A DNA stretch of 64,000 nt from Clostridia bacterium (GCA_017614315.1 JAGACA010000009.1:99290-163289), one strand, 5' to 3'; positions 1-9,150 are shown, counted from the first letter of the stretch. Notes: generated from the letters alone by a model not told the origin. Numbers and translations are program-made.

Positions 1-1592
1 GGCCTGCGGCAGAAGGGATCTGCGAGCCCCGTGAGCCCCGCCTCGTCGCCGTAATAGATGCAGGGCGAAAAGGGCATGGCGAACTGCAGGGCGGAAGCCT
101 GCTTGAGCCGCTTTTTGCCGAGAGCGGCGTCCTCGGGGGACGGAGCCCACTTCGCCTGCTTTTCACGCGGGATGCTGTCCTTTTTGGGCGAGCCGGACAG
201 CACGGAGAGTATCCTGAACGTGTCGTGCGAGCCCAAAAAGCCCAGCTGTGCGCGCATAAAGTCCCCGGGATAGCCCTCGAGCTGGGCGCCGAGAGCCGCG
301 CGTATGCCGGCGGAATCGGTCCTGCCCATAAGGAAATCGACGGTCGCCTCCATGAACGGATAGTCCATAACGCCGTCCAGCTCCTCGCCGTTTAAGTATT
401 CGCGCCGGCGGCCGAAGCAGTCGGTCTTCAGCGCCGCGTCCTCCCAGACCTCGCCGATCAGCACGGCCTCGGGATCGATGGCCTTCAGCCTCTTCCTCAA
501 AAATTTGATGAACTCGTCGGGCAGCTCGTCCGCGACGTCGAGCCTCCAGCCGTCCGCGCCGAGCCGGATCCATTTTTCAAGCACCGTCGCGACGAAATCC
601 ATGTAGGACGGCGTGAGCTCGTTCACCTCGGGCAGAGTCTCGAAATCCCACCAGCAGCGGAAGCCGTTCTTGTAGCGCGGGGAAAAATCGTACCACTCGC
701 GGTAGGGCGAGGTCTTGTCCCCGTAAGCGCCCTTGCCGTAGGTGCCGCGCACGTCGAAATAGCGGCTGTCGTCGCCCGTATGGGAGAAAACGCCGTCGAG
801 AATGAGCTTTATGCCCGCCTTGTGAAGCTCCCCGGCAAGCTCGGTGAAATCCTCCTCCGAGCCGAGGAGCGGATCGATCTTAAGATAATCGGATATCGAA
901 TAGCGGTGATTGTACGGCGATTCGAATATCGGGTTGAGATACAGGATGTTGACGTTTAGGGACTTAAAATACGGTATTCGGTCAATTATGCCCCTAATAT
1001 TGCCCAAATAATAGTCGGATGGGCTGTAAAACCGCTCTCCGGCGCGAGGGGCGTAATCGACCTCCTCGTTCCAGCGCTTTTCGGTGATGCGCCTGCCCAT
1101 GCTCCTGTGATAGGCGAGCGCGGAAGAAAGATGCGGATACGCGCCGATCGAGAAGCGGTCGGGGAACACCTGATAGGCGATCCCGCCCATGAACGCCGCG
1201 GGGGCCCTGAAATCCCGCGTATAGACCGTCACGCGGAAATCGTGCGGTATCTCCTTCGTCAGCTTGCATTCGCCCGAGCGGAGCACGCCGTCCTTCGCGC
1301 CGGCATAAAAGAGCTCGCCCTTGACCGTCACGCGGAAATTGTACCACATTATCGCCGGCGCCTCGGGAGCCTCGACGGTGAACTCGTGAACGACGAAGCC
1401 GTCCTTGTCGTACCTCGAGCCGTTAAAATACCTCTCCGTCCTGTCCCAGGTGCGGAGCACTGCGGAAGCCTCCCGGGCGTCTGCGCCCGAAAGGTACAGC
1501 CTTAACGTGACCTTCTCCCCCGAGGCGAGCGCGCCGAAGGGCTCGCGGAAGGCGAGCGATCTCGAATCGTGAAAAGCGTTGATATCCGGCAT
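1..1592 (-). CDS. GH13 alpha-amylase-family glycosidase (neopullulanase / maltodextrin-glucosidase-like), partial: C-terminus runs off the left edge
   Basis: Hand translation of the minus strand from the ATG at 1592-1590 gives MPDINAFHDSRSLAF.... GH13 conserved regions are present: DGVFSHTG, GADGWRLDVADE, IGEVWED, LGSHDT. No signal peptide. It is missing from the ORF track because its stop lies outside the window. Confidence 0.85.
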   Translation of the reverse strand, partial: MPDINAFHDSRSLAFREPFGALASGEKVTLRLYLSGADAREASAVLRTWDRTERYFNGSRYDKDGFVVHEFTVEAPEAPAIMWYNFRVTVKGELFYAGAKDGVLRSGECKLTKEIPHDFRVTVYTRDFRAPAAFMGGIAYQVFPDRFSIGAYPHLSSALAYHRSMGRRITEKRWNEEVDYAPRAGERFYSPSDYYLGNIRGIIDRIPYFKSLNVNILYLNPIFESPYNHRYSISDYLKIDPLLGSEEDFTELAGELHKAGIKLILDGVFSHTGDDSRYFDVRGTYGKGAYGDKTSPYREWYDFSPRYKNGFRCWWDFETLPEVNELTPSYMDFVATVLEKWIRLGADGWRLDVADELPDEFIKFLRKRLKAIDPEAVLIGEVWEDAALKTDCFGRRREYLNGEELDGVMDYPFMEATVDFLMGRTDSAGIRAALGAQLEGYPGDFMRAQLGFLGSHDTFRILSVLSGSPKKDSIPREKQAKWAPSPEDAALGKKRLKQASALQFAMPFSPCIYYGDEAGLTGLADPFCRR

Positions 1593-1661
1593 GGTGTTCT
1601 CCAAATCGAAAACTTTCCTAAAGTATAACATATTCCGCGGCGTTCCTCAACATCGTATCGC

Positions 1662-1689
1662 TTGACAATCGGGCGATTCCCCTTATAAT
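1662..1689 (+). promoter_or_regulatory. sigma-A type promoter (TTGACA-16-TATAAT) for the 1722 lipoprotein gene
   Basis: TTGACA at 1662-1667 and TATAAT at 1684-1689. Confidence 0.6.
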
Positions 1690-1721
1690 GTTCATAGAAA
1701 TCTTTTCACGAGAGGTAATCC

Positions 1722-2693
1722 ATGAAAAAACGCATCGTTTCCGCCGTGCTCATAGCGGTACTTATCGTTTCCCTTACCGGCTGCAGGCTTATAAACAGCA
1801 TTTTCGGCAAGAACGACCAGCCGGGCGTCAACGACGTCAATCCCGACAACGTCGACCTTAACGACTATTCCGATTACGGCGACGTCTCCGCTTTCTGGGA
1901 GCAGCTCTATCTCGACTGGCTCGCCGCCGAAGAGCGCGGCTACGTCTGGACCATCACCATCGACGAGGTCGCCGTCGTCGACGCTCTCGGTCTTGCGAAG
2001 GTCACCTACGATCTCGACCTTTCCTGCAGCCACGTCGGCGAGGATATGTTCGGCGTGTACCGCGGCGCGATGGCTATGAGCTTCGATGCGGATATCTCCG
2101 GCGTTTACGAGATGTTCAAGCTCCTTGGCGGCAAGTCGAAGTCCGACACGAAGGGCTGGTTCAGGAACGACCGCTTCATAATGGAGATCACCCCCTATAA
2201 CGCCGATAAGGAGCACGCGTTCATCTCCACGCTCGAGCCCGAGGATCAGGGCGGCGAGGGCGAAGCCTCCTACGCGGCTGTCGCCGAGGCGCTGATCGCG
2301 CTGATCGGCTCGAAGGACAAAGATTTCGAGAAGACCTCCTCGCCTCTCGGCTACTGGTTCGACTGGGATTATCACATGACCTCGGGCGACATGAGCAGCT
2401 TCTTCTCGGTAAGCGGCGTGTTCTCCGGCGTTTCATACAGCGCCGAGGGCTCGAGCGATTCTTCCGGCGGGCATATCTCCGGCAGCGCCATCGCGCATGA
2501 GCCCTTCATCGGCGCGACGTTCACCGATCGTTACAGCGAGGACTTCCAGAGCCCCTTCCCCTATATCATCCGCGTTTACGAGACGGGCGAGGTCGTGCTG
2601 GAGCTCCATTCCGCTAACGGCGGTCCGGTGGTGGTCAAGTTCTACGGCACGATCGATAAGGTCCCCGTCGAGGCGACGACCACGGTGCACTGA
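1722..2693 (+). CDS. predicted lipoprotein, unknown function
   Basis: N-terminus MKKRIVSAVLIAVLIVSLTGC (signal peptide plus lipobox Cys). Near-consensus promoter at 1662-1689. I recognise no family. Confidence 0.7.
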   Translation: MKKRIVSAVLIAVLIVSLTGCRLINSIFGKNDQPGVNDVNPDNVDLNDYSDYGDVSAFWEQLYLDWLAAEERGYVWTITIDEVAVVDALGLAKVTYDLDLSCSHVGEDMFGVYRGAMAMSFDADISGVYEMFKLLGGKSKSDTKGWFRNDRFIMEITPYNADKEHAFISTLEPEDQGGEGEASYAAVAEALIALIGSKDKDFEKTSSPLGYWFDWDYHMTSGDMSSFFSVSGVFSGVSYSAEGSSDSSGGHISGSAIAHEPFIGATFTDRYSEDFQSPFPYIIRVYETGEVVLELHSANGGPVVVKFYGTIDKVPVEATTTVH

Positions 2694-2700
2694 CGCAAGC

Positions 2701-2723
2701 AATAAAAAAGGACGGCTGAAGAG
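2701..2723. repeat. left copy of the inverted repeat (core AAAAAAGGACGGCT) bounding the low-GC islet
   Basis: The 14-nt core recurs as a reverse complement at 3601-3614. Confidence 0.6.
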
Positions 2724-2850
2724 ATACTCTGTAAAGGGTGGTTTTCAACCGCTACTACAGAATAGCTGTGCGATGATCTTTCTGCGGTAAATGAATGATA
2801 GCAGCTATCGGAAAGGAGCTTTTTCTCGGCAAGTAAAAAACAAAAAACGT

Positions 2851-2948
2851 GTCATTCTGAGCCGCAAGGCGAAGAATCTCTGAACGCAAGATCGAATACA
2901 TCATAGTTTCGCTCTGAGATCCTTCCTCGCTTCGCTCCTCAGGATGAC
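2851..2948. repeat. 98-bp imperfect palindromic element (arms GTCATTCTGAG... / ...CTCAGGATGAC)
   Basis: The left arm at 2851-2880 and right arm at 2916-2948 are imperfect reverse complements separated by about 35 nt. Confidence 0.7.
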
Positions 2949-3093
2949 ATTCCTTTTTTCTGGAAGGGCGCACTTACTCACCACCTGCGGCGGCGGGACG
3001 TGCGTTTCAAATGAACAAAAACCTTCCGAGAAGGAATTGCTTCCCGAAAGGTTCAAATCCGATTCATTCCGACAAACCGGAAATTGCCTGTCT

Positions 3094-3471
3094 TTATCTG
3101 TTAACAGATAATTCTTTCTTTGCTTCCTCAACGGCATCTGTGTCCGAACTGCACATAGCCTTTGCAAGCCATAGCTCCGCCCGCGCGCGATTTTGCACTA
3201 CATAGATTCCACGATTATAAAAACGCCCCACAAGCTCCATGCCCTTTCCATATCCGGCATTAGCAGATTCAAGATACAGTTCAAATGCTTTTGCCAAATC
3301 GGCGTTTGTGCCATAGCCATAGTGATAACAAATGCCCAAATTATAGGTTGCTTCAATGTGACCCAAATCATGAGCTTGGGTCAGCAGCTTAAAAGCAAGA
3401 TCATTGTCCTCCGGTACACCGTCCCCATAGATGTGTTTCATAGCAAGCTGATACAGTTCCTGTCCCTCCAT
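3094..3471 (-). CDS. Sel1-like (SLR/TPR-type) repeat protein
   Basis: Repeats of the Sel1 type (A..L..A...G...A.Y.LG.CY..G.G). The gene is markedly AT-richer than its surroundings. Own extended -10 promoter (TGaTAGAAT) and GGAGG RBS upstream. Confidence 0.75.
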   Translation of the reverse strand: MEGQELYQLAMKHIYGDGVPEDNDLAFKLLTQAHDLGHIEATYNLGICYHYGYGTNADLAKAFELYLESANAGYGKGMELVGRFYNRGIYVVQNRARAELWLAKAMCSSDTDAVEEAKKELSVNR

Positions 3472-3537
3472 GTTTTTCCTCCGTTAATCCTAATTTGTTG
3501 CATTGATTCTATCACAAATTCTTATCATTCGCAACGA

Positions 3538-3573
3538 AACAGCACAGCCGACCGAATAACCGACTGTGCTGTT
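3538..3573 (-). terminator. hairpin downstream of pulA (weak U-tract)
   Basis: AACAGCACAG...CTGTGCTGTT arms. Confidence 0.45.
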
Positions 3574-3593
3574 GAAATCCCCCTTGACAGAAT

Positions 3594-3620
3594 GCCTCCG
3601 AGCCGTCCTTTTTTGTTATG
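3594..3620. repeat. right copy (reverse complement) of the inverted repeat bounding the low-GC islet
   Basis: AGCCGTCCTTTTTT on the plus strand. Confidence 0.6.
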
Positions 3621-3623
3621 CCT

Positions 3624-6263
3624 TTATTTCTTGACGATGATCGTCACGCCGAGCGCTCCGACCTCGAGGGTGCCGGCCGCCTCGCCGAAGGGCTGCGCAG
3701 CGACTATCCAGCCCTCGAGCAGCAGACGGTACTCGCCGTCGAGCTCGAAGCTCTTCGCCTCGGCGTTCGGGTTGATGTACGCCCTTGCGACCTCCTCGCC
3801 CTCGACCGACCACACGACCTTGATGACGTTGCCGTCAAGCACCTCGCAGGTCACGTCCGCCGTTGTGAAGAAGGGGTTCGCGCGGCGCATGCGGATGAGC
3901 TGGCGGTAGAAGTTGCGCATGAGCATGACGTCCGAAGCCTGCGTCAGCGCGTCCCAATCGATGTTGTTCACGCTGTCGGGGGAGTTGTAGGAGTTGTGAT
4001 CTCCGCCCTTTGTCCTCAGCATCTCCTCGCCCGCCAGGAAGAACGGCGTGCCCTTCGAGAGCATGACTATCGCCGCGCCGAAGCGGTTCATCTTGAGACG
4101 CTCCTCGTCCGAAGCGTCGGGGTTCGAGAGCTGAAGCTTATCCCAGAGCGTGTTGTTGTCGTGGCAGGCCATGTAGTTTATTACCTCGAAGCGGTCTACG
4201 CTCCAGCCCGACGCCTGATAATTCGCGCCGCCCTCGATGCCGAATACGACGTTGGGAGCCGTGCTCGTCTTGCCGTTGATGTAGCCCTTGTCCGCGGAAT
4301 TGAACACGGAGCCCTTGAGACCGTCCCTGATCGTGTCGTTGAACACCGCGACGCCGCCGATGCCGTGCGGGACGATCTTATTGATGTTCTTCTGGTTCGC
4401 CATCTTGTTGGCGTTCAGCGTCGTGGTGCCGCCCGTCCAGCCCTCGCCGTAGATTATTGCGTGGGGGTTGATCGCGTGCACGGCCTCCTCGATCGCCTGC
4501 ATGGTCTCGATATCGTGGAGCGCCATGAGGTCGAAGCGGAAGCCGTCAAGGTGGTACTCCTTCGCCCAGTAGGTCACGGAGTCGACCATGAACTTCCTGA
4601 ACATGGCGCGCTCCGAGGCGGTCTCGTTGCCGCAGCCGGAGCCGTTCGACAGCTCGCCCGAGGGGGTGTAGCGGTAGTAGTAATAGGGAACGATCTTATT
4701 GAAATTGGAATCCGCGGAGTAGGTGTGGTTGTAGACGACGTCCATAACTACGCCGATGCCCGCGTCGTGCAGCGCCTGGACCATCTGCTTGAACTCGTTG
4801 ATCCTGACCTCGCCGTGATAGGGATCGGTCGAGTAGCTGCCCTCGGGAGCGTTGTAGTTCTTGGGATCGTAGCCCCAGTTGAACTGAGGCTCATCCGAGG
4901 CCTCGTTGACCGTTGCGTAGTCGTAGACCGGCTGCAGATGGACGTGGGTGATGCCGAGATCGATGAGGTAATCGAGACCGACCGCCTCACCGGAGGCGTT
5001 CTTGAGACCGGTCTCGGTGAAGGCGAGATACTTGCCGGGATATGCCGAGCCCTCGATCCTGTTCGAGAAGTCGCGGACGTGCACCTCCCAGATGATCGCC
5101 TCGTTATAGGCCTCGATATCGGAGTAGTACCTGTCGTTCGCCCAGCCCTCGGGGTTGGTCGAGGCAAGCGCGACGACCATACCGCGGTCGCCGTTCACGC
5201 CGACGGCCTTCGCGTACGGATCGACGACCTCGAAGGTGCCGACCGCCGTGGTGACGGTATAGGTGTAATAGGTAAGATTGTTCCATTCGGAGGAAGCGCT
5301 CCACACGCCCTTATCGCCCCTCGTCATCTCGACGGTCTCGATAAGCGAGTCGCCGTCGCCCGAGGTATAGAGATTGAGCTTGACCTCGCTCGCGGTGGGC
5401 GCCCATACCTTGAACACGGTGCCGTCCCCGGATAATACCGCGCCGAGATCGTCGCCGTCATAGGTGTACCTGTCGATGAACTCCTGCGTGTCGAAAACGG
5501 CGGTCGGGACAGCGGTCTTTTCCTCGTAGCCCTCTATCACGACGGTGTAGAGCTTCGATATGTCGAGCTCCTCCTTGAGCGTGATGACGCCGGTAACGAC
5601 CTCGTTATTGAGGCTCGAAACGCTCTCGATCTCGATCTCGCGGTCGCCCTCGAGGACCTTGATCTGGTCGAGAGAGGTGATCCTCATCGCGGGAGTGATA
5701 TTGTATTTGATCTGATTCATGGCGACGATGCCCGCCAGATTGAACACCTTTTCCTGATACAAAGTCTTGCCTCCGTCATTCGACTTGTACTGCGCGCCTT
5801 CGCCCGCCTTCAGGTAGATCTCGGTGGTATCGCCCTCGATCTTTGCCCAGCGGTCGCCTTCATAGTCCTTTTCGGCGTCGCCCCAGGACGAGCCGCCGGG
5901 GTTGGAGCAATTCTTCCTTACGATGAAGCCGACCTCGGTTATGTCCTCCGGAACGTTGAGCATGACCTTTACGCCGTACTCGCAGGGGTGGAAGAGGTAT
6001 CCGCGGCCGTCGGCGTTCGGGTACCATATCCACATATCGCATTTATCGTAATTCACTCCCGGGCAGCTCCAGTAGAACACCAGCCGGTTCGTGCCCGGTT
6101 CGCGCGGGAGCTCGTACTCCTCATTATCGCCGCCGGGTTCGTCCGTCGGAGCCGCGGTTGGCGCCTCCGTGGGATCGACGTCGTTCGGAACGTTCGGCTC
6201 CGTTTTGCAGCCGTAAGCCGCAAGCATGAACAGAACGAGAAGTATGGCCAAAAATCTTTTCAT
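3624..6263 (-). CDS. pulA: type I pullulanase (GH13, CBM41/CBM48-type N-terminal modules), lipoprotein
   Basis: Lipobox MKRFLAILLVLFMLAAYGC. Type-I pullulanase signature FNWGYDP. GH13 regions VMDVVYNHT, GFRFDLM, YGEGW, MACHDN. Confidence 0.9.
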   Translation of the reverse strand: MKRFLAILLVLFMLAAYGCKTEPNVPNDVDPTEAPTAAPTDEPGGDNEEYELPREPGTNRLVFYWSCPGVNYDKCDMWIWYPNADGRGYLFHPCEYGVKVMLNVPEDITEVGFIVRKNCSNPGGSSWGDAEKDYEGDRWAKIEGDTTEIYLKAGEGAQYKSNDGGKTLYQEKVFNLAGIVAMNQIKYNITPAMRITSLDQIKVLEGDREIEIESVSSLNNEVVTGVITLKEELDISKLYTVVIEGYEEKTAVPTAVFDTQEFIDRYTYDGDDLGAVLSGDGTVFKVWAPTASEVKLNLYTSGDGDSLIETVEMTRGDKGVWSASSEWNNLTYYTYTVTTAVGTFEVVDPYAKAVGVNGDRGMVVALASTNPEGWANDRYYSDIEAYNEAIIWEVHVRDFSNRIEGSAYPGKYLAFTETGLKNASGEAVGLDYLIDLGITHVHLQPVYDYATVNEASDEPQFNWGYDPKNYNAPEGSYSTDPYHGEVRINEFKQMVQALHDAGIGVVMDVVYNHTYSADSNFNKIVPYYYYRYTPSGELSNGSGCGNETASERAMFRKFMVDSVTYWAKEYHLDGFRFDLMALHDIETMQAIEEAVHAINPHAIIYGEGWTGGTTTLNANKMANQKNINKIVPHGIGGVAVFNDTIRDGLKGSVFNSADKGYINGKTSTAPNVVFGIEGGANYQASGWSVDRFEVINYMACHDNNTLWDKLQLSNPDASDEERLKMNRFGAAIVMLSKGTPFFLAGEEMLRTKGGDHNSYNSPDSVNNIDWDALTQASDVMLMRNFYRQLIRMRRANPFFTTADVTCEVLDGNVIKVVWSVEGEEVARAYINPNAEAKSFELDGEYRLLLEGWIVAAQPFGEAAGTLEVGALGVTIIVKK

Positions 6264-6343
6264 TGAAAAATCCTCCTCGGATCAGATTATATATATTCTA
6301 TACCATGCAGTCCGTTATTTCAATATTAAAATGAGGTTTTTTG

Positions 6344-7087
6344 TTATTCGCCGTCCCGGTAAAGCTCGCCCGAATCGTAATGCGTGTGATACTTGATCGG
6401 GTGGAGGAGCTTGAAAAGAGAGCGCTTTCCCTCCGTGCCGACGTCCACGCGGTTTATCATGGTGAAGCCGCGGAAGGGAGGAAGGTATGAAATGAGATCG
6501 TTCACGTCCGCGAAGTTCTTGCAGACGGTGCAGAGCGTTGAGAAGTATTTGAGCGTCCTTTCCTTGTTCATCGGGGTGTACTTGAACGGACGGACGCTGC
6601 CGAAGGTGTAAAGATAGGGCTTTACGCCGAAATTGAAATTGAGGTCCTGCGCCGAGAGGCACGCGATGCCCGCGCCGAGCGACCAGCCGACTATCTCCGT
6701 CGCCGCGTCGGGATGAAGCTCGTAAAGCCTCTTCCAGCCGTCCCTGACCTCGTGCTTGACGGCTAAATACATATTCGCCCAGCCGTGATGGACGCGGAGC
6801 TGCAGGGGCTGACCCTCGAAATCGATCGCGCGGTAATAGCGGCTCGAGAACTCGAATATGTTCGCGACCCAGTCGGTGAAGCCGTTGGTGCACTGGAAAT
6901 TGATCTGGATAACGCCGCGCTCTTCCTCGTAATGGATCTCGTAATTGACCTCGTGCTCGATATTAAAAACGCCGCTTTTGTATTTTTTGGCGGCGTAATC
7001 GACGCTGTACGTACGGCTGCCCGTATGCGTATAGTCCTCGCTGGTGTTTATGAAATATTCGTTGTATGGAAGATGGCGGTAATTCAT
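6344..7087 (-). CDS. class 3 lipase-fold (alpha/beta hydrolase) protein
   Basis: Nucleophile elbow GWSLGAG (GxSxG) preceded by VHHGW, as in Lipase_3 family proteins. The start overlaps the glsA stop by 4 nt. Confidence 0.65.
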   Translation of the reverse strand: MNYRHLPYNEYFINTSEDYTHTGSRTYSVDYAAKKYKSGVFNIEHEVNYEIHYEEERGVIQINFQCTNGFTDWVANIFEFSSRYYRAIDFEGQPLQLRVHHGWANMYLAVKHEVRDGWKRLYELHPDAATEIVGWSLGAGIACLSAQDLNFNFGVKPYLYTFGSVRPFKYTPMNKERTLKYFSTLCTVCKNFADVNDLISYLPPFRGFTMINRVDVGTEGKRSLFKLLHPIKYHTHYDSGELYRDGE

Positions 7088-8019
7088 TGATCGAATACGT
7101 GGAGCCTGAGCTCGCGCGAGATATGCTCCATCGCCTTGACCGCGGCCTTGCTGTTGCCGAACTTGTCGAGCGCGGGGCCGTAGAAGCCTATCCCCATCGG
7201 ACCCTTCGCCGCGCAGGTCAAGCCCCCGCCGACGCCGCTCTTCGACGGCACGCCGACGCGTACGCCGTATTTGCCGGAGTAATCGTACATGCCGCAGGTG
7301 AACATTATGCTCTTAACGGTGCGGGCGTGATCCTCGGAAATGAGCCTTTCGCCCGATATGGGATCGACGCCGCCGTTTGCGAGCACGAGCCCGAGCGCGG
7401 CGAGCGACTTCGCCGTGACGGACAGGGAGCACATCCTGAAATAGAGATCGACCGTCCTCTTGGGATCGGACTGAAGCACGCCCTTCGATCTGAGAAGATA
7501 CCCGATCGCGCGGTTCCTGTCGCCGGTCATGAACTCGCTCCTGAATACCCTTTCGTCCACGTTGATCCCGTCGTCGCGGCAGAGCTTTCTTGCGAAGTCC
7601 ATAAGGTCGGCGAAGCTGACCTCGTCGGCGAGCAGGCTGACAGTCTGGATCGCGCCGGCGTTTATCATGGGATTGAAGGGCAGATTGCTCCTCGTGTCGA
7701 GCTTGAGTATGGAATTGAACGAATCGCCCGACGGCTCCATCATGACGTGCGCGAAAGTCTCGTCGAAGCCCTTGAACGTGAGCGCCGCCGCGAGGACTAT
7801 GACCTTGCTGACGGACTGCGCCGAAAAGCGCGTGCCGACGTCGCCGAAGGAAAGGCTCTCCCCCGACTTGTCCAGCATATACATGCCGAAGGCGTTGGGA
7901 TCGGCCTTTGCGAGCTCCGGTATGTAATCCGCCACCTCGCCGGATGATGCGGCGGCGAGGCCGATCTTATAAGCCTCGCCGAATACGCGTTTTATTTTTT
8001 CTCTTTCGTCGTTGTTCAC
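7084..8019 (-). CDS. glsA: glutaminase A
   Basis: Serine-beta-lactamase-like glutaminase motifs: ADYIPELA, SVSK (S-x-x-K), GVGGG. Length about 310 aa. Confidence 0.9.
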   Translation of the reverse strand: MNNDEREKIKRVFGEAYKIGLAAASSGEVADYIPELAKADPNAFGMYMLDKSGESLSFGDVGTRFSAQSVSKVIVLAAALTFKGFDETFAHVMMEPSGDSFNSILKLDTRSNLPFNPMINAGAIQTVSLLADEVSFADLMDFARKLCRDDGINVDERVFRSEFMTGDRNRAIGYLLRSKGVLQSDPKRTVDLYFRMCSLSVTAKSLAALGLVLANGGVDPISGERLISEDHARTVKSIMFTCGMYDYSGKYGVRVGVPSKSGVGGGLTCAAKGPMGIGFYGPALDKFGNSKAAVKAMEHISRELRLHVFDQ

Positions 8020-8088
8020 AGGACTTCGTTTTCCTTAAACGGTTTTCGGATGGGGAGCAGGAGAAACTCCTGACTCCCGGCTCCCGAC

Positions 8089-9150
8089 TTATTTGAAGTA
8101 CAGGCTCGCCGCGTCGTAGAACTCCTTGTCGACTTCCTTGCGGATATTGACGGCGCGGTCGAGATCCGCCGCTACGATCTGGTTGCCCGACATGCCGACC
8201 ATGTTGCCGTATTTCTTCTCGACGACGAGCTCGCCGGCCTTTATGCCGAGACGGGTGCCGAGCACGCGGTCAAAGGCGCAGGGCGCGCCGCCGCGCTGAA
8301 CGTGACCGAGCACGACGGGACGGCACTCGAAATACTGCGCGTCCTGACCGAGCAGAGGATCGTTCTTCATGGCGTCCTCGATCATGTCGGAAAGATGCTT
8401 CGCAAGGTTCTTCTGGAGCAAGAGCTTGTTGCCGAAAGCGTCGGTGCCGACGTCGATCGACTCGCCGTCCTTGAGCTCGAAGCCCTCCGCCACCACGATG
8501 ATGGTATAGTGATCGCCGCGCAGATACCTGCGCCTTACGAGGGAGACGATCTCATCGAAGGTCTTGGGGAACTCGGGGATCAGCACGAGATGCGCGTTCG
8601 CCGCAAGACCCGCCTGGAGCGCTATCCATCCGGTATGACGGCCCATGCACTCGACGACGATGCAGCGGGAATGTGCCTTCGCGGTGGTCTGCAGCCTGTC
8701 GATGGCCTCCATCGCGATATTCGAAGCGGTCTCGAAGCCGAACGTGTAGTCCGTGCAGGAAAGATCGTTGTCGATTGTCTTCGGAACGCCGATGACGTTT
8801 ATGCCGCGCTTCCTCAGTTCGTTCGCGACGCCCAGGGTATCGTCACCGCCTATCGCGACAACGCCCTCAAGATCGAGAGCCCTCAATACCTCGATGATGG
8901 TCTCGGGGCCGTTCGGATCCGCCATTACGTTCGTGCGGGACGAGCCGATGATCGTGCCGCCCAGGGTCTGTATGCCCTCGACCTCCGCGGGGGTGAGCCA
9001 GCGCCCCTTCGCGTTGAGCGCGCCGCGCCAGCCGTTATGGAAGCCGAATACCTCCATGCCCGCCTCTGCGCACTTCTCAACGACGCCTCGGATGACCGCG
9101 TTAAGACCGGGACAGTCGCCGCCGCCGGTCAGTATGCCTATTTTCCTCAT
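8089..9150 (-). CDS. pfkA: 6-phosphofructokinase (residues at the two phosphoryl-donor positions resemble the PPi-dependent type)
   Basis: MRKIGILTGGGDCPGLNAVIRG, GGDDTLG, PKTIDNDL. I chose the start at 9150 (AAGGAG RBS 6 nt upstream). The track ORF extends to 9195 with a weaker RBS. Confidence 0.9.
   Translation of the reverse strand: MRKIGILTGGGDCPGLNAVIRGVVEKCAEAGMEVFGFHNGWRGALNAKGRWLTPAEVEGIQTLGGTIIGSSRTNVMADPNGPETIIEVLRALDLEGVVAIGGDDTLGVANELRKRGINVIGVPKTIDNDLSCTDYTFGFETASNIAMEAIDRLQTTAKAHSRCIVVECMGRHTGWIALQAGLAANAHLVLIPEFPKTFDEIVSLVRRRYLRGDHYTIIVVAEGFELKDGESIDVGTDAFGNKLLLQKNLAKHLSDMIEDAMKNDPLLGQDAQYFECRPVVLGHVQRGGAPCAFDRVLGTRLGIKAGELVVEKKYGNMVGMSGNQIVAADLDRAVNIRKEVDKEFYDAASLYFK

Noticed and set aside
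3040-3075. GGTTCAAATCC string resembling a tRNA T-arm.
   Set aside because: The flanking bases do not form a T-stem, acceptor stem or anticodon arm, so no cloverleaf can be drawn.
2755-3167. Two minus-strand ORFs (72 and 88 aa) crossing the intergenic palindromic element.
   Set aside because: They are translation artefacts of the hairpin element (the ...VILRSEA.KDLR... pattern). They have no RBS and no coding-like composition.
3618-5435. 605-aa plus-strand ORF opposite the pullulanase gene. Similar long antisense ORFs in the track include 10530-12323, 17926-19782, 19724-20713, 28963-30285, 41025-42662, 48994-50331, 53514-55463 and 58675-60759.
   Set aside because: These are shadow ORFs typical of high-GC DNA. 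Their translations are Arg/Ala/Gly/Val-rich low-complexity strings without motifs. Each fully overlaps a gene on the other strand that has clear family signatures.
8040-8088. CTCCTGACTCCCGGCTCCCGAC-like motif. Related strings occur at 9961-9990 and 12301-12325, and I considered them as a dispersed repeat.
   Set aside because: The similarity is limited to short CTCCTGAC/GTCAGGAG-type words. I could not align a consistent element of more than 10 nt by eye.
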